Origin: Octopus vulgaris
Taxonomy: Eukaryota
Length of the DNA: 64,000 nt
NCBI GenBank assembly: GCA_951406725.2
Contig: OX597826.1
Coordinates: 74,586,001 to 74,650,000, forward strand
Reading direction: 5' to 3'
Below are positions 41,836-54,812 of this stretch, one piece after another. A model generated the notes under the pieces. That model ran no database searches and had not been told where the DNA came from. It was given only the letters and a program-made list of their open reading frames with translations. How positions within the stretch are numbered: position 1 is the first letter of the stretch; every line of letters starts with the position of its first letter. The position numbers were made by a program, and so were the translations under genes.

Positions 41836-42224
41836 TTTATATATACGGACATATTAATTAATGAAGTCTGTAAAGAATACAAGACGATCACAACTCTTCC
41901 CTCTAATTCTTTGCACTTAATGCTCGCAAACATCTTGTGCAGTACTTTCTGCCTCTGAGCAGACGATAAATGCACTGATTGTATAAGAATAATTTATTAA
42001 TTAGAACATTAGTTTAGGCAGCGCACGCGAATTGTTATACGCACGTTGGTTTTATATATTTCATCCTTTAGGCGCTCGCTATCAAATGTCTATGCGCATG
42101 CGCACGTATACAGCATAGAGGAAACAGTGAAAGGAACGTTTACCAAAGTCTACTCAACCAGGTCTGATCTGGGATTAAGTAATAACAATCCTGTCCTCCA
42201 CTTGCAAATATGTATACATTATAT

Positions 42225-42272
<48 letters not shown>

Positions 42273-42349
42273 GAGTGTGTGTGTGTATAATATATATGTA
42301 TATATATATGTATAATATATATGTATATATATATGTATATATATATGTG

Positions 42350-42436
<87 letters not shown>

Positions 42437-43058
42437 ATATATGTATGTATGTATGTGTGTGTGTGTGTATATTTATTATCCAGGCTATACGTTTGTGTAT
42501 TCAATCTCAACTTGCATGTCTATACCCAGTCTCTCTGCTTTTATACTGCCTCGTATGTACTGGTGTGTATACCCAGTCTGCACTTGATGATAATGTCGCC
42601 ATCTTTCAAGTGCTTGTAGGAGTAGAATTCCAGCAATGATGACCTTAATAATAGTTGTTTATATCTCTGGACCCTTTTTAAAGGGACTCAAACACACACA
42701 GACACACACGCACTAACCAAAGCGTAATACACAAACATTCACAGACACACAAATATACACATAGTCTCTCTCTCTTTCTCCCTTTCTTTCCCGCGCTCCC
42801 TCTTCTCTCTCTCTCTCCCTCCCTCTTCTCTCTCTCTCTCTCCTTTCTCTCTCTCCCTCCCTCTCTCTCCCTCCCTCTCTCTCTCTCCCTCTCTCCTGTT
42901 GCATTCCTTATTTTTTCCACAATTTTCCATTCATTCTTCTTGTCTTCTCTTTCTTCTCTTCGCCTCTCTGCTTCTCTCACTTCCACAGCCTCCATCCTTC
43001 TTTCTTCCTTTCTTTCTTTCTTTTCTTTTCTTTCTTTCTTTCACTCTCTCTTTCTCTT

Positions 43059-43107
<49 letters not shown>

Positions 43108-43390
43108 GCCTATCCGTCTTTATGTCTACATCCCGGTACATACTAATCTCTAGAGAAAACATAAGCCATAATATATACTTTCAACATACCTCAAGATCAC
43201 CGCACACTACACCTCTCCACTCCTACCCTCTGCAGCACCCCACACACTACACCCCCACACTCCAGACTATACCAGTTACTTACCACTCCAGTTCACTACA
43301 CCTCACACACTGCAATACACCCACCCAACCACCCCAAACACTACAGCATGCCACACACTTCATACTATTATACTACTCCAGTTATTGGTG

Positions 43391-43880
43391 AAGGCGCGTG
43401 GTTTAGTGGTTAGGGTATTCGGCTCACGATCATAAGGTCCTGAGTTCGATTCCCAGCGGGGCATTGTACCCGTGAATTCTATTCTCAGCGGCGCAGTGAG
43501 TCCGTGAATTCTATTCTCAGCGGCGCAGTGAGTCCGTGAATTCTATTCTCAGCGGCGCAGTGAGTCCGTGAATTCTATTCCCAGCGGCGAATTGTGTCCG
43601 TGAATTCGATTCCCAGTGGCACATTGCGTCCGTGAATTCTATTCCCAGCGGCACATTGTGTCCGTGAGTTCGAGTCGCAGCGGTGCATTGTTTCCTTACT
43701 CCAGTCCACTCAGCTGGCAAAATTGCGTAGTACCAGTGATTCAAAAGGGCCGGCCTTGTCACATTCGGTGTCACGCTGAATCTCCCTGGGAACTGTAAGT
43801 AAAGGTATATTTGACTGAGGAGTACTCAGCCATTTGTGCGTTAATTTCATGACCTGGCTGTCCCGTCGTCGTAATCAGCA
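43391..43880 (+). mobile_element. SINE family D containing an internal minisatellite
   Basis: Head ggcgcgtggtttagtggttagggtattcggctcacgatc; after the array the body matches 61458-61775. Confidence 0.88.
43439..43693 (+). repeat. 32-bp minisatellite x8 derived from the SINE T-arm/B-box
   Basis: Head-to-tail units like ccgtgaattc(t/g)attc(c/t)cagcggc(g/a)ca(g/t)tg(a/t)gt. Confidence 0.95.
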
Positions 43881-44229
43881 GAGAAATTCACCAGACCACT
43901 ACAACACACACTGCACCGTCTCCACACCACACACCACAATCTGCACCACTAACTACAGCACACGCTACGCCACGTAATACCCACATCACATAATACACCC
44001 CACCACATACTACATCCCAACCACACACTGCACTACTACACAAACTGCTCCATGCCACACACGCTACACCACACAATAAACTACACATCATAAAACACTG
44101 CCACAACATTAAACACGAGTTTAAAATCTAATAAAACTCATTTGTACTCGTATACACATATGCACCAACACATCAGAAACCATACCACGCACCTCACCAC
44201 TAATTTTTCTTCTTTCTTTTGTCGGTCTT

Positions 44230-44835
44230 AAGCGGTTTTATGGGTAAGATGATGGATTTGTTGTTGAAGTCTATGAAATACATTTGTTTAAGTGAAAGTC
44301 GATCCGTTCTGTCGTTGAAACTATGCTCAAGTTTTTCCGCGTCATAGGTGGGTTATATAGAGATGACAGGCTTTTACTTAATAAATTCGACTCGCATATA
44401 AGAAACACATCAAAATAAAGCATAGACATCTTGTTGAAAGATTACGGTCCTTCTCTCACCACAGAAGTAAATTTTTCCACTGTTAGTTTCTTTAATGCAA
44501 CGCTTAATCTAGAATAAAGACGCAACAAATCATTAAGAATTGCGTTAAAAAGAAACAAGCAAGAAAGAAATTGTATTACTTGTTTCGTAAACCACATTAA
44601 AGAACTATGTTACATCATCAAGTAACCGAACCCTCGAAAAACATCGGCAAAACACTTAGTAACATTTTATGTTATTATTCCAAGATTCTCAGCAAACAAG
44701 CAAAGTTTATGTAATGAGGTTCTGTTTAACAGCGGTATACCAGAGAAGATTGAATATATTGACAAGCCGCGTTTCCAGGCGTTGAAGAGAACGGGAGGTA
44801 GAAACAGGGATAGAAATGTTTTGGTTTAACCCACC
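44230..44835 (+). mobile_element. Decayed Penelope-like element reverse transcriptase relic
   Basis: GLYRDDRLL (about 44350-44376), LKDYGPSLTTEVNFSTVSFFNATLNL, SGIPEKIEY and RNRDRN..WFNPP match the PLE motifs GLYRDDGL, NFLDVTLNL and WFNPP. Confidence 0.8.
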
Positions 44836-44919
44836 ATGAAAATTTCACTGTGGCTAGGATTTTACAAAAAAAGAGACTTCAACTTTATCACTGTGTATGT
44901 GTGCGTACGTGTGTGCGCG

Positions 44920-45005
<86 letters not shown>

Positions 45006-45335
45006 CAGATATACACACATACAAACATAAACACACAAACACATATGCATCATCAAACAGACATAGACGAGAACTGCTAATAGTCTCTTACTGTGGAGAC
45101 ACGAGGCCAGACGGGTCTTTACAATGTACGGTGTCTCCACAGCAAGAAACTCTTAGTAACTCTCATCTTTATATCTTTATACTGCGTACATTAAATGACA
45201 TTTATCTCTCACGGGATGGAATATTTGATCATACCTTAAAGGAACAGTAAACTATGTGTGTGTGTGTATGTATGTATGAGTATGCCTAGTGCTTTTGCGC
45301 GTATATGTATGAATGAGATTTGTGTGTCTGTGTGT

Positions 45336-45390
<55 letters not shown>

Positions 45391-45865
45391 TGATGTGTTT
45401 ATATGCGCGTGTATACGTGTTGTATAGACGTATAGCTGTGTTTGTGTATTTGTGTCTGTCTGTGTGTCGAAGTATGTAAATATGAAATACCAAAATAAGA
45501 GACAGCGTGAGATAATAAGCAAGTGGAACATTGTTACCTTCAGCAACAAAGAGTGAAACAGATATTTAACAAAGTCATTTCTCATTTCTCATATTGTTTC
45601 CCTTCCTTCTCCTCCTCCTCCTCCCGCCACTCCTACCCCCTACCCCCACCCCACCCCCGTAAAACAAAGGTCATCTCACGATTGTTTCCAGCTCCCAAAT
45701 TGCTAAGGTCAGCGACGAACATCGTCTCCCCGCCCTCTCCAAATATCTGTTCGTCCCTGTTGACAGTTGTATGAAGTTGTCTTGTCAGTTAGACATATAT
45801 TACATGGGACCAGCTTCCGTTGCCGATAACACGTGTTCTCTGTGACCAGATGCATATGTGCTTGC

Positions 45866-45904
<39 letters not shown>

Positions 45905-46353
45905 TGTGTGTGTGTGTGCATGCATGTGTGCGTGCGTGTATGTGTGTGTGTGCGTACATATGTATATTTGAGTGCGTCCCTGTGTGTGTGTGTGTGTGTT
46001 TGAGTGGTGTAAATTATATTAATTGTGTATGTGTGAATATATACGAGTTCATACACGTACACACACACACACATACACACACACACACACATACACACAC
46101 ACACAAACACACACGCACATACACACATAGACTGACAAATAGACATGCACACATTCGTCAAAATGAGGAGAGCGGCATCAAAGGAAACTAAACGATAATA
46201 AAAGTGTGGCGGATTATCAGCTTTTTATGAAGAGCTTAAAAGTTCATTAACCGCTGTTTCAAGACTTCATTGTTCCAATATTCGTACGAAAACATAAAGA
46301 ATATTGAGAAGAATTTTAACGCTTTAGCATTCCGGTTACTTTGTCGAATATAT

Positions 46354-46659
46354 TACGGAGATGTACCTCCATAGCAAGTGATCTAATCTGAGATCGTGTG
46401 CTGAAACGAAAACAATTGCAGCGTGGAAGGTGTTTGTAAGCCATTTAAGAAACACACAAAAACCGTTCGATTCACTTCAACATTTAAGTTTAATTTGTCA
46501 AAATATTTTCGTCGCTTTAAGACCGCGACCTGTTCACTGACAAAACTCCGTGCTGCATCTCGATGAAAATATTTTGACAAATTAAACTTAAATGTTGAAG
46601 TGAATCGAACGGCTTTTGTGTGTTTCTTAAATGGCTTACAAACACCTTCCACGTTGCAA
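46354..46659 (-). mobile_element. Fold-back element with about 103-bp inverted arms and 13-bp TSD, PLE-like geometry
   Basis: Arms at 46412-46514 and 46561-46663; TSD ttgtc(g/a)aatatat at 46341-46353 and 46660-46672. Confidence 0.8.
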
Positions 46660-46779
46660 TTGTCAAATATATGTAACCAGCAAAACGCCCCCTGTCCAAT
46701 GGACGGTGCTGAGTAGTCGAACATTTAAACCAAATTTTCTCAAAACTTGTCCGACCGTCCTACAGCCCCCCCCCCCTTT

Positions 46780-47064
46780 GAGAAACACTGATTTAACTTA
46801 AATTTGAGACACCAGCAAAAGAAGAAATAAAGATAGACTTTTTTTCTATTCCAAGAAAAACGATTTTACAAATGCACGTTCCCACGGCTTTACAAATACA
46901 CGTTCCCAAGATTTTAGTAATTTTTTCAAGACTTATACACGCCCTGATACCGTCGGTATCTATATATCAAATTTGAGCGCAATCGGATGGAGGATGCCCG
47001 AGATCCTAGAAGACACACACACACACACACACACAGATAGACAGAACGGATTTTATATAATAGA
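46780..47064 (-). mobile_element. Non-autonomous Helitron 5' portion
   Basis: The minus strand starts A|TCTATTATATAAAATCCGTTCTGTCTATC(TG)n...ccgattgcgctcaaatttg, a typical animal non-autonomous Helitron 5' end. Confidence 0.65.
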
Positions 47065-47074
47065 TGTTCATTCT

Positions 47075-47256
47075 TTCACTTTGTTTTGAATTAATCAGGC
47101 ATTATTTCAAGACTTGGAGAATTTGACGATGTGATATTTTTAATTTCCACAATGACATTACAAGGTAGATTCGAGAGGTCAGATATGGCCAGAATGGGCA
47201 TAAAACAGGGAGAATATTTTGACCGGATGTGGCCAGATTAAATGCTAAAAGGCTAA
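47075..47256 (-). mobile_element. piggyBac-like non-autonomous fragment, diverged
   Basis: The reverse complement resembles 12349-12505. Confidence 0.45.
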
Positions 47257-47439
47257 AGGCAGCTGCATGTGTTAGTTAAAAAGATATATCGGACACTGAA
47301 TAAATCCTGCAACACTCCAAGTCGCGTAGGAAAAGTTGGCAAAGTATTCTGTTCGATAAATAAACATAAACGTGTCAATAAATAAATATATTGAAGGGAC
47401 TACGAAGGAGGATTAGGAAGAGGAGATGAAGAGAACTAA

Positions 47440-47755
47440 GAAAGAAAAGGTGAGAAGAAGAAGAAGAAGAAGAAGAAGAAAAAAAAAAGAGAAAGAAGAA
47501 GAAGAAGAAGAAGAAGAAGAAGAAGAAGAAGAAGAAGAAGAAGAAGAAGAAGAAGAAGAAGAAGAAGAAGAGAACTAAGAAAGAAAAGATGAGAAGAAGA
47601 AGAAGAGAACTAAGAAAGAAAAGATGAGAAGAAGAAGAAGAAGAAAAAGAAAAAGAAGAAGAAGAAGAAGAAGAAGAAGAAGAAGAAAAGAAAAGAAAAA
47701 GAAAAATAAAAAGAAAAAGAAAAAGAAAAAGAAAAAGAAAAGAAGAAGAAAAAGA
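47440..47755. repeat. (AAG)n/(AAAAAG)n purine tract
   Basis: Visible directly. Confidence 0.95.
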
Positions 47756-48024
47756 ATAGGGCTGAATACGAGAGGACGAAGAGGAAAGCAAAGGAATCGG
47801 AGAGAGAAGAAAGAACTTCAAAACGCTGAACCCCTTTGTTGTTGTGTTGCATTCTCTGTTGTTTTTTTATATTCCACATATGCCTTGAAAGGGTAGCGGT
47901 TGGCATATTAAGGCTCGGAAGCCACCGTCAGCATTTTGTAAGTGAAAAATTCAAGGTCTTGACACTGCCTGGGCACACACCAATAGCCTTTCCACAAAGA
48001 TTTCAATCTACCGAATATGAAACT

Positions 48025-48230
48025 GCAGAAACGGTAGTATGCCAGGGTGCAATGCTTTGCTGTATTTCGTCTGTCTTTACGTTCTGAGTTCAAATTCCGC
48101 CGAGGTCGACTTTGCCTTTCATCCTTTCGGGGGGGTCGATAAATTAAGTACCAGTTGCATCCTGGGGTCGATCTAATCGACTGGGCCCCCCTCCCCCAAG
48201 ATTTCGGGCCTTGTGCCTAGAGTAGAAAAG
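48025..48230 (+). mobile_element. SINE family B
   Basis: Family B core with 'cctagagtagaaaag' tail. Confidence 0.9.
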
Positions 48231-48274
48231 ATATATCTAGAATAGAAGACGAGATTTAAACACCGTATCTGCTG

Positions 48275-48331
<57 letters not shown>

Positions 48332-48655
48332 ACACACACACACACACAAAGACACACTCACACATATACATACATATATGTGCACATGCACTCATGGATA
48401 TGTGAGTGCGCATGCGTGTGCATGTATGTGTGTGTGCGTGTGTGGGAGGAGTGTAGACCTACTTAATCAGGGACCTTCGCAGTTCAGAGCAATTACTATC
48501 ATTGTATCAATAAATCCTTAATTTCCCATGGAGCTACAATATACACACCGATGGCGCCATACGCTACAATGAACTCTTAAACCTAGCAATTAACTCCAGT
48601 CTCAGGTGCGCGGGTAAATGAGACAAACATATGATTGGACACAATGCTGATCTAT

Positions 48656-48706
48656 TGTCACGTGTAACACTATGTCACGTGTAACACTGTGTCACGTGTA
48701 ACACTA
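48656..48706. repeat. 17-bp tandem repeat x3, each unit with a GTCACGTG E-box
   Basis: tgtcacgtgtaacact(a/g) x3. Confidence 0.9.
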
Positions 48707-49039
48707 TGGATGGGAGATTAAGACAATACCGAGCAGTCACGAGCAAACAGCGACCCGCGGGACTTTCTGAACGGAACGCTTAACGGAACACTTACCTTGA
48801 CCTTTTTTCATTGAGCGGCCAACCTGATGATGAGCCATTCCTCATGCGGCCCACTGCACGAAAAAGAATTCCCATGCCAAATACGGAATTTAGATTCTTT
48901 CCCAGAACCATCACAAAACACCTAGCGTGATCTGAACTTGCATCCTATCCATATCCGTGGAGTCCAAGGTTTTATTGACCAAGCCATTTTACTTCAACAA
49001 GCCTGCATACATACATTCATCCATACATACACACACACA

Positions 49040-49520
49040 CGACGGGGTTCTTTCAATTTACGTCTACCAGATCCACTTTGGTCGGGCCGAGGCTATAGTA
49101 GAAGACACTTGACCAAGGTTCCACGCAGTGGGACTGAACTCGAAACCACGTGGCTGGTTAGCAAGCTTCTTACCGCACAGCTACGCCCCTGTCCCTTATT
49201 ATAGATATTTTATATTTGCTTTTGTCTCTTACGTGTTTCAGTTATTCGACTGCGGCCATGCTGGGGCACCACTTTGAAGGGTTTTCAGTCGAATGAATTG
49301 ATCCCAGTCATTATATTTTTGCTTATTGCATTGGTCTCTTTAACCAAACCGCTAAGTCATGGGGTCACGCGCTGTCAAGCGATGGTTGGGGGACAAACAC
49401 ACACACATACACAGATAGATATATATGATGGGCTTCTTTCAGTTTCCAGTTAACAAATCCACTCTCAAGGTTTTAATCGATCTGAAGCCATAGCAGATGA
49501 TACTTGCCCAAGATGCCATT
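49040..49520 (-). mobile_element. Two diverged SINE family A copies
   Basis: Both match family A head and body. Confidence 0.8.
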
Positions 49521-49990
49521 TTCTTTTTCTTATTTCATATCATTTTCAGACGACATTATTACGAATAAATAGTTAACGAAATAAAACATAATCTGACTGG
49601 TTGGCAGGAACACCGTCTGGGCTTCTCTCCAGATCAACATAATTGGACGCCTGTCGATTCTCTGCAGGTTGCAACAAGTATATTCCGAGCGAGGGATTAC
49701 CATAATTCTCCTGTCACCAATATAATGACGTCACATTCAAGCAGAATTTCTTGCTTTCTCTTTTCCTACCTCACTTTGTCTTCTCTACCTCACTTTATTC
49801 TCTGTCTTCTCCCTCGTCTCCACTCCTCTCTCTGTCTCTCAAACAACTCTAGTTTAGATGCTACCTACCTACCTACGTATATAATTATCTATCTCTCTAC
49901 CTATCAGTTTGTCTCTCTCCTTCTCAGCCTGTCTTTCCTTCTCGCTCTCTAGCATACATGTGTATGTATGTATGTATGTATGTATGTATG

Positions 49991-50021
<31 letters not shown>

Positions 50022-52322
50022 TGTATGTATGTATGTATGTATGTATGTATGTATGTATGTATGTATGTATCCACTATAATCCATCTAATAAGGTCCCTTT
50101 TCATCCAAATCTCCCCGTATTAATAATTTCATTATGTCAGTTACTTAAAAAAATACCTTCTATCTAAAGCTGTCTCACCAAACATTAATGCATCTTCCTT
50201 TTTTCCGTTCCAATCTCTCCATCTCCAGCATCTGTAATGGTGACTCTACAAGCATCCCCCAACGTAAATAATATCCACCTGAACCTTTACCATTGATGTG
50301 ACTTAATAAAACTAGCAAAGAATATACAGAATCTGCTAAATTTAAATAAAATCTTCAAGACATATTCCGTCTTTTGTGTATGTATGTATGTATGTATGTA
50401 TGTATGTATGTATGTATGTATGTATGTATGTATGTATGTATGTATGTGAAACAATTTAGATTCAAAAGAATATGGTACTTAACCTAGATGCACCAGAATT
50501 TTTTTTATGGTATTAACCATAAAATGATGTGGGATGATTATAGATCCATTCTTGTTGCTTATTTTTTGGTTATGTATGTATGTATGTATGTATGTATGTA
50601 TGTATGTATGTATATATGTAATGTATGTATGTATGTAATGTATGTATGTATGTATGTAATGTATGTATGTATGTATGTATGTATGTATGTATGTATGTAT
50701 GTATGTATGTATGTATTATGTAATGTATGTATGTATGTGCACACTCGAACACCCCAATGTGTATGTAAAATTTCATACACAATTTAGCCGACATCTACAA
50801 AATATTTCTGTTTGTCACTCTTATCAAGAAAGGTGAAACTCGAAGTACATAAAGCTATAAATAACAGCGTATAAATATCGGGCCAAATATCCTTTGGACT
50901 GAAAGAGTCGAAAGCTGCTTGTGGAACTCGAACCTACATTGCCCATTAAAAACTTATTTCGCATTCTCGAAGTTTCTAACGTTCTATGGAATCAACAACA
51001 TTTCTGTATATTTCCTAATTCGTTTCGCCATACATTTAGTTCGTTTCGCTTCGTTTTCGATTCCTGGTTTTGAAACACGGTGGGTGTCACCACCAGTCGA
51101 CTAAACAAAGCCATGACACTCGATCAGAACACGTAGAACTATGCCGAAGCCCTTTTGTTTTTAACTAAATATTTCTAGTCTGTTCACTTCGCCTCACCTG
51201 CTCGCACCGCCAACGACGTCATCAATGATGCAATATCTTCTTACTCTTGCGACATTGCTTCTCAGCTATAGAAATCTCCTCTCGTTTCACAGGCAACGTT
51301 TTCTTGAAACACAGGTCACTCTGACACCATACTCGCTTCGTTCTCGTCCTCTTTTCCTTTCTCCTCCTCCTCCTCCTCCTCCTCCTCTCTCGCTCTCTCT
51401 TCTTCTCTCCCCCCTCCTTTCTTTTCGTTTGGTTTCCTTTTTTCTCACATTTAATTATTTCGTCCTCGTGTACTGAACTTTTCTTTTTTACCTGTTCTAT
51501 ATTACTTCCACCCCATCCTCCACCCGTACCATCACATCACAACCACCACCATCGCCACCACCACCACTGCTGTATTTGCTGCTACTACTATTACTACCGC
51601 CGCCGCCACCGCCGCCGCCACCGCCGCCACCGCCGCCGCCATCACCACCACCACCACCACCACCACCACCACCACTATTACTACTACTACTAGTGTTACT
51701 TTGTTACTGTTATTTTGTAAATAATAGCGTCGTTGATGACAGATTTCATAAAGACGTATTTACACGTTCACGGCATTTCTGATGACGATAGTAAGAATGG
51801 ATTATTCGTGAAATACAACACAAGGCATTTTTAATACAAAAGCGCCAGATTTTCGATTTTTCCGTCTTGATATACTTTGCCGAAAGATCGGTTTCCCTCT
51901 CTACCAAGTTCTATTCATGAAGAAGACACATTGTCCAAGCCTGCTGTGTGGTGGGATCGAACTCGTAAAGCTGTGGTTAAGAAATGGATCTTCAAAGTAC
52001 GCTGTTACGCAATCGACCATTAAGGTACCACTTCATTTACATACATAGACTTCCATAATCGTTAGCTCTATGCACAGTGCACAGAGACTGATTGACATAC
52101 AGACAGATACATGTGTGTATGTGTGATTATGTATGTATGTATGTATGTATGTATGTATGTATGTATGTATGTATGTATGTATGTATGTATGTGTGTATGT
52201 ATGTATGTATGTATGTATGTGTGTATGTATGCATGTATGCATGCATGCATGTATGTATGTATGTATGTATGTATGCATGTATGTATGTATGTATGTATGT
52301 ATGAGTGTGTATGTATGTATGT

Positions 52323-52448
52323 CATTAGTCAATTTATTTCAAGATTTCTTCCCAATAGAGAAAGAACCGCTTTCTAACCTAGATCCAAGGTTCTTTCACT
52401 GGAATTTCAACATCAACAACAGGGTATTTTTGTATGTATGTATGTATG

Positions 52449-52482
<34 letters not shown>

Positions 52483-53300
52483 TGTATGTATGTATGTATG
52501 TATGTATGTATGTATGTACGTGCAGATTTGTATGTTTTATGTATATATTCCCATACATATAGTTACATATCTAGACATGCTCATATATATATTTAAATGA
52601 TAAACTTCTGGAATGTTTTACAGATTTTTACAGTTCCAGTGATGGATTAAATCTGTAGTCTTCGAATTAGCTTTCTCCTTTCTGGTTTTGAAAGCCTAAT
52701 TTTTCTAGATTGGTATTTAGGCAGTGTCCCAATAATTTACAAGTATAAATCTGAACTTGTAACATGGATAGAGTAACTGCAGATTTCTCGATAGTTCAGC
52801 ATAGGTGTTCTCTTTTACACTGATCTTCAGCTCTATGTTAACATCCGTTAGGCATCTAATTTCCACAACTGTGCACATTTTCTCTTCTCTATCCCAAATC
52901 ATTATATCAGGTCTGTTGTGTTTACATTTTATTGAGGCCTTCACTGGCACATTCCACCAGTATTCCTTTTTATTATGAGTGGCTATGGTTTCTACCATAT
53001 GGTGGGTTTTTATTTCTTTGCCCTCGGGATTAACCTCCCGACGGATTTCATAACAGAGTGTCTTAGCGACAACGTCATGTCTCATCGATAGATAATAAAC
53101 CCTGATGACATTTTCGGACAACTGCTTATGATGAGAATGATATCTTCAGCGTGAGCTCCGCAAAGTCAGCATCGGTTGTCACATTTTACTGTTTTTCCTG
53201 CATCTCTATCCCTTTTGTGCATCAGGTACTTGGTTGATATTTCCTGTTCCTGGATTGGAAACGCATACCCTTCATAGTGGGCGGTAGTAATCCGGCTATT
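52323..53300 (-). mobile_element. 5'-truncated R4/Dong-like RLE non-LTR retrotransposon embedded in (TACA)n
   Basis: Translates to EGYAFPIQEQEISTK, C*LC...C zinc-knuckle relic, RHDVVAK, HNRPDIMIWD...VEI and KENTY (RLE domain). The 3' UTR has AATAAA near 52335; (CATA)n lies on both sides. Confidence 0.9.
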
Positions 53301-54000
53301 ATGTATGTATGTATGTATGTATGTATGTATGTATGTATGTATGTATGCATGCATGTATGTATGTATGCATGCATGCATGCATGTATGTATGTATGTATGT
53401 ATGTATGTATGTATGTATATGTGTGTGTGTGTATGTATGTATGTATATCTGTTTATGTATGTATGTGTATGTATGAGTATGTGTGTGTATGTGTGTATGA
53501 ATATATATCTGTATATATGTACGTGCGTGTGTGTGCTATGTCAGGTCATCCGTAGTGTTACTGCCAACATGCAATCCAGTCTCGGATGGTCGGGCAGTTG
53601 GCGACTAAACCGGCAACCCTACCAAACCTCCTTGATAAAGAGGCTAGATTGCGTTGGACACCCTGCTGAAAGACAAACTAAACCAGCAAAAGGTCGGATG
53701 AACTCAGTATGGTCAATGGCCAACCAACAGCTGGCAGTGAAAGACCCTCTCGAAAGCCAGAGATTTTGCCCTGGCGTGATTCTAAACTACTTGGCAATAT
53801 GGGGAGGAGTCCTGGAGACGTCGTTCACCTGCTTTACTTTTCTTCACGTAGGCGGGGGGAAATGAATAACCGATCTCTGGTGTAGCAGTAAAAAAAAAAT
53901 AAAAACCTTGAAATTTGACTCGCCGATTTGTTTCTGGTCACAGAAAGAAAATAATGTAGTTCAGACACAGATCAACTTTGGAAAAGGAGGCTTAAAATGT

Positions 54001-54069
54001 CTGTTTACCACAAACATATCCCGTTTACCACAAACGGATCCCGTTTCCCACAAACGTACCCCGTTTACC
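54001..54069. repeat. 20-bp tandem repeat x3.5
   Basis: ccgtttaccacaaacggatc-like units. Confidence 0.85.
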
Positions 54070-54250
54070 TTACATCCTTGTTTATTCAGAAGTGGCAATT
54101 AGTGATTTTATGAACCAAAATGTGATGAGGAAGGACAGATAAAACTGAAGTTACTATTGGTTAGAGTGTAGGGAAGTGAGACTGTCTGTAGTCACAACTG
54201 AAGATGGCAGGGTAGGAGATGCAGATGCGGTTACTATTAGAGGTGGTGAA

Positions 54251-54294
<44 letters not shown>

Positions 54295-54601
54295 GAGAGA
54301 GAGAGAGACTGTAGTTAACATTGGTGGTGGTGAGAAAAGTGTACAGTTTAGTTATTACTGAAGGTAGTGGAGGATAAGATGCTATAGTATCTACTGGAGG
54401 CATTGGTTGTGGGAGGGAAGATAGATTGTAATTATTATCGGAGTTGGTGAAGAAAGAGATATTTACCATAGTCACTATTGGAGGTGATGGAAGAGAGGGA
54501 GGAGGAGGAGGAGGAAGAAGTGGAGGAGGAGATACGAACTGTAGTTACTAACTGTGTACCAATTATGATTAGGTACCAATCATTATTATAACAGCGCTTT
54601 A

Positions 54602-54812
54602 GGCAGCGAGCTGGCAGAATCGCTGGTACGCCGGACAAAAGGCTCAGCGGAATTTCGTCCGTCTTTATGTTCTGAGTTCAAATTCCGCCGAGATTGACTT
54701 TGCCTTTCATCCTTTCGGGGTCGATAAAATAAGTAGCTCATTAGGGTTGGTGTAATCGACAAGCCCCTACCCCCAAAATTTCGGACCTTGTACCTTCAGT
54801 ACAAAGGATTAT
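54602..54812 (+). mobile_element. SINE family B, full length
   Basis: ggcagcgagctggcagaatcg head and attattat tail. Confidence 0.88.

Noticed and set aside
43439-43693. Regular ~32-bp repeats resembling a CRISPR array
   Set aside because: The units are head-to-tail with no unique spacers, derive from a SINE B-box, and have no cas genes nearby; the DNA is eukaryotic.
48824-48850. CTGATGA-TGAG...CTCA resembling an HHR 5' half
   Set aside because: No GAAA strand or cleavage triplet follows.
53535-53840. GC-richer island resembling an RTE 5' UTR or an exon
   Set aside because: There is no downstream RT/EN ORF, no recognisable peptide and no convincing splice context.
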